From the NCBI RefSeq assembly GCF_002787055.1, contig NZ_CP024808.1, positions 460,328-492,327 on the forward strand: 32,000 nucleotides of DNA. Direction: 5' to 3'. This document shows positions 30,275-32,000 of the stretch, one piece after another (positions within the stretch are counted from its first letter, which is position 1; every line of letters starts with the position of its first letter). The stretch is from Candidatus Nitrosotenuis aquarius (GTDB lineage: Archaea > Thermoproteota > Nitrososphaeria > Nitrososphaerales > Nitrosopumilaceae). The notes below the pieces were generated by a model that saw nothing but the letters and a program-made list of their open reading frames with translations, did no database searches and was not told where the DNA came from. Made by a program: the position numbers and the translations under genes.

Positions 30275-32000
30275 GAAGCACCAGTTCCCTCAGTGAATTA
30301 AACCACTTTTCATGTGCCTTATCAACCCTTAGTTTGGCAACTTGATTTTTCTTGTTTGAAAATACGATTTCATTTCCTTGGAACGAACCGATCTGAGAAT
30401 GTGTTATGTTTTTCTTTTTGAGTGCGGCAAGCACTGGGGCTAGCTTTGATGGTTCCACTACAAGCAAATATCTAGAGTGACTCTCTGAAAACAAAATCTT
30501 GGCAGAGTCTAGCTTTTGTTGTGGCACTTTGTCTAGCGATACGACACATCCAATTTGGCTAGTCATGCACAGTTCCGATACTGCAATTGCCAATCCGCCC
30601 TTTGCACAGTCGTGTGCGGCCTTTACTTGCCCAGATTGGACTATTGACAATACCGCCTTCATGTTTTTCTTGGATTCTGAGAGGTCTATTTTTGGCGCTC
30701 GTCCGCCAATGAAATCATGAATGTATTCATAGTACTCAGAGCCGCCAAGCTCGTCTTTTGTTGTTCCAACAAGTATCAATGCGTCATTTGGCATGATTTT
30801 TTGAGGCTTGAGAGGAGTTTTCTCAATTAATCCCAGCACGCCTATCAGTGGAGTCGGCTTGATTGGACCTTGCGGAGTTTCGTTGTACAAGCTGACCTTG
30901 CCGCCAACACATGGAATCTCAAAATGTTTACAAAATTCAGTTATTCCTTTGAGCGATTCTAAAAACGTCCAAAAGATTTCTGGGTTTTCAGGGTTGCCAA
31001 ATTGCAGATGATCAACCATTCCAATTGGCTCGGCTCCTGTACACACTACATTTCTGCATGCCTCTTCAAAACACCCCATTGCACCATGCTTGGGATCCAA
31101 ATAGCAGTGTTTTGGGTTTCCGTCGATTTTGACTGCAAGGTATTTTTCATTGTCCAGTCGAAGTACGGCGGCGTCAGAGCCGGGCTTTACCACGGTTCTA
31201 ATGCCAACCTCGTGATCATATTGTCCATAGACCCAGATTTTACTTGCAATGTTTGGACTTGATAAAAGCGACAGGATTGTTTTTGATATATCCTTTGATG
31301 CAGTAGGTTCTTTTTTGTTTTGGAGTTGCTTTAGATATGCTGGCTCTTTTGACGGCCTGTTCAACAGCGGAGCATTTGCAACTATCTCTGCAGGCATCGA
31401 TGCGAGAACAGATTTTGAGTCCGTTACCTTCATGATCTTATCACCAGTTACCTTGCCGATAACAGAACAGCTGACTCGGAATTTTTTGCAAATCTTTTGT
31501 AGTTTTGGGAGTCTTTTTTTGTCGGTAATTACTAACATTCGCTCCTGTGATTCTGACGTCATGATTTCCACAGGCTTCATGTTTGGCTCACGTGTGTGGA
31601 CTAGGTTCACATCCAGCTCAATTCCTACACCCATCGCATCAGCAGTCTCTGAAATTGCACATGAGAGGCCTCCACCCCCTAAATCCTTGATTGCTTTGAT
31701 CAGGCCCTCATTTCGTGCCTCCAAAGTGGCTTCAATGATTAGTTTTTCAATGAACGGATCTGGGATTTGCACTGCAGAACGGTCTTCTGTTTCAAGCGAA
31801 TCTGATGCAAATTGTGCACCACCGATTCCGTCTCGCCCAGTTGAACCGCCCATCAATACAACCACATCACCTGCATTTGCATGATTTTTGATCAGTCTCT
31901 CTTTTTTCCCAAAGCCAACAGATGCAACATCGACTAACGCATAATTAGAATAACACTTGTCAAATTCGACTTCGCCACCAACTGTTGGGATTCCTAAACA
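30267..32000 (-). CDS. purL: Phosphoribosylformylglycinamidine synthase subunit PurL (FGAM synthase II), N-terminus outside the window
   Basis: Contains GGSTGRDGIGGAQFAS and DLGGGGLSCA. The reading frame stays open upstream of the track Met at 31865 up to the window end (...PTVGGEVEFDKCYSNYALVDVASVGFGKKERLIKNHANAGDVVVLMGG). Confidence 0.95.
   Translation of the reverse strand, partial: CLGIPTVGGEVEFDKCYSNYALVDVASVGFGKKERLIKNHANAGDVVVLMGGSTGRDGIGGAQFASDSLETEDRSAVQIPDPFIEKLIIEATLEARNEGLIKAIKDLGGGGLSCAISETADAMGVGIELDVNLVHTREPNMKPVEIMTSESQERMLVITDKKRLPKLQKICKKFRVSCSVIGKVTGDKIMKVTDSKSVLASMPAEIVANAPLLNRPSKEPAYLKQLQNKKEPTASKDISKTILSLLSSPNIASKIWVYGQYDHEVGIRTVVKPGSDAAVLRLDNEKYLAVKIDGNPKHCYLDPKHGAMGCFEEACRNVVCTGAEPIGMVDHLQFGNPENPEIFWTFLESLKGITEFCKHFEIPCVGGKVSLYNETPQGPIKPTPLIGVLGLIEKTPLKPQKIMPNDALILVGTTKDELGGSEYYEYIHDFIGGRAPKIDLSESKKNMKAVLSIVQSGQVKAAHDCAKGGLAIAVSELCMTSQIGCVVSLDKVPQQKLDSAKILFSESHSRYLLVVEPSKLAPVLAALKKKNITHSQIGSFQGNEIVFSNKKNQVAKLRVDKAHEKWFNSLRELVLHA

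Noticed and set aside
31249-31884. 211-aa plus-strand ORF and other plus ORFs (30499-31262) within purL
   Set aside because: They are antisense to a reading frame with clear PurL motifs, so they are shadow ORFs.

Overview
This is a low-GC archaeal chromosomal segment. By inference it comes from an ammonia-oxidising thaumarchaeon (Nitrosopumilus-like): it has an archaeal-type ribosomal protein operon with S4e and an RNase P Rpp29 subunit, an ESCRT-III/CdvB homologue, a proteasome alpha subunit and type II GAPDH. From left to right the window contains: a partial gap gene; DsbA-like and YkgJ-like redox proteins; a stand-alone HMG-CoA synthase; a biotin cluster (bioD divergent from bioA-bioB-bioF); a ccdA plus thioredoxin-like pair; and a cdvB-like gene. 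Next comes a roughly 4 kb lineage-specific stretch (11.1-14.9 kb) of orphan genes. It holds three paralogous small secreted VCGDxLC proteins, a NUDIX hydrolase, a 568-bp ORF-poor repeat-bearing spacer, a Zn-ribbon protein and tRNA-Asn. After that lie a 16-gene ribosomal protein operon on the minus strand (L3...L6, without L2), a SPOUT methyltransferase, psmA, DUF371 and ArsR-like genes, and scattered purine genes (purC, purF, partial purL) interleaved with a membrane-anchored GSDH-type beta-propeller and a stand-alone RAM-domain protein. No CRISPR array, transposase, integrase or recognisable defence genes were seen. The stretch most worth follow-up is 12.4-14.9 kb. It contains the unrecognised secreted-peptide family, four copies of a ~30-bp near-palindromic box placed at gene junctions, and two inverted pairs of G5/C5 repeats in a T-tract-rich non-coding region. 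All function calls rest on my reading of the translated ORFs and motifs; no database search was possible.
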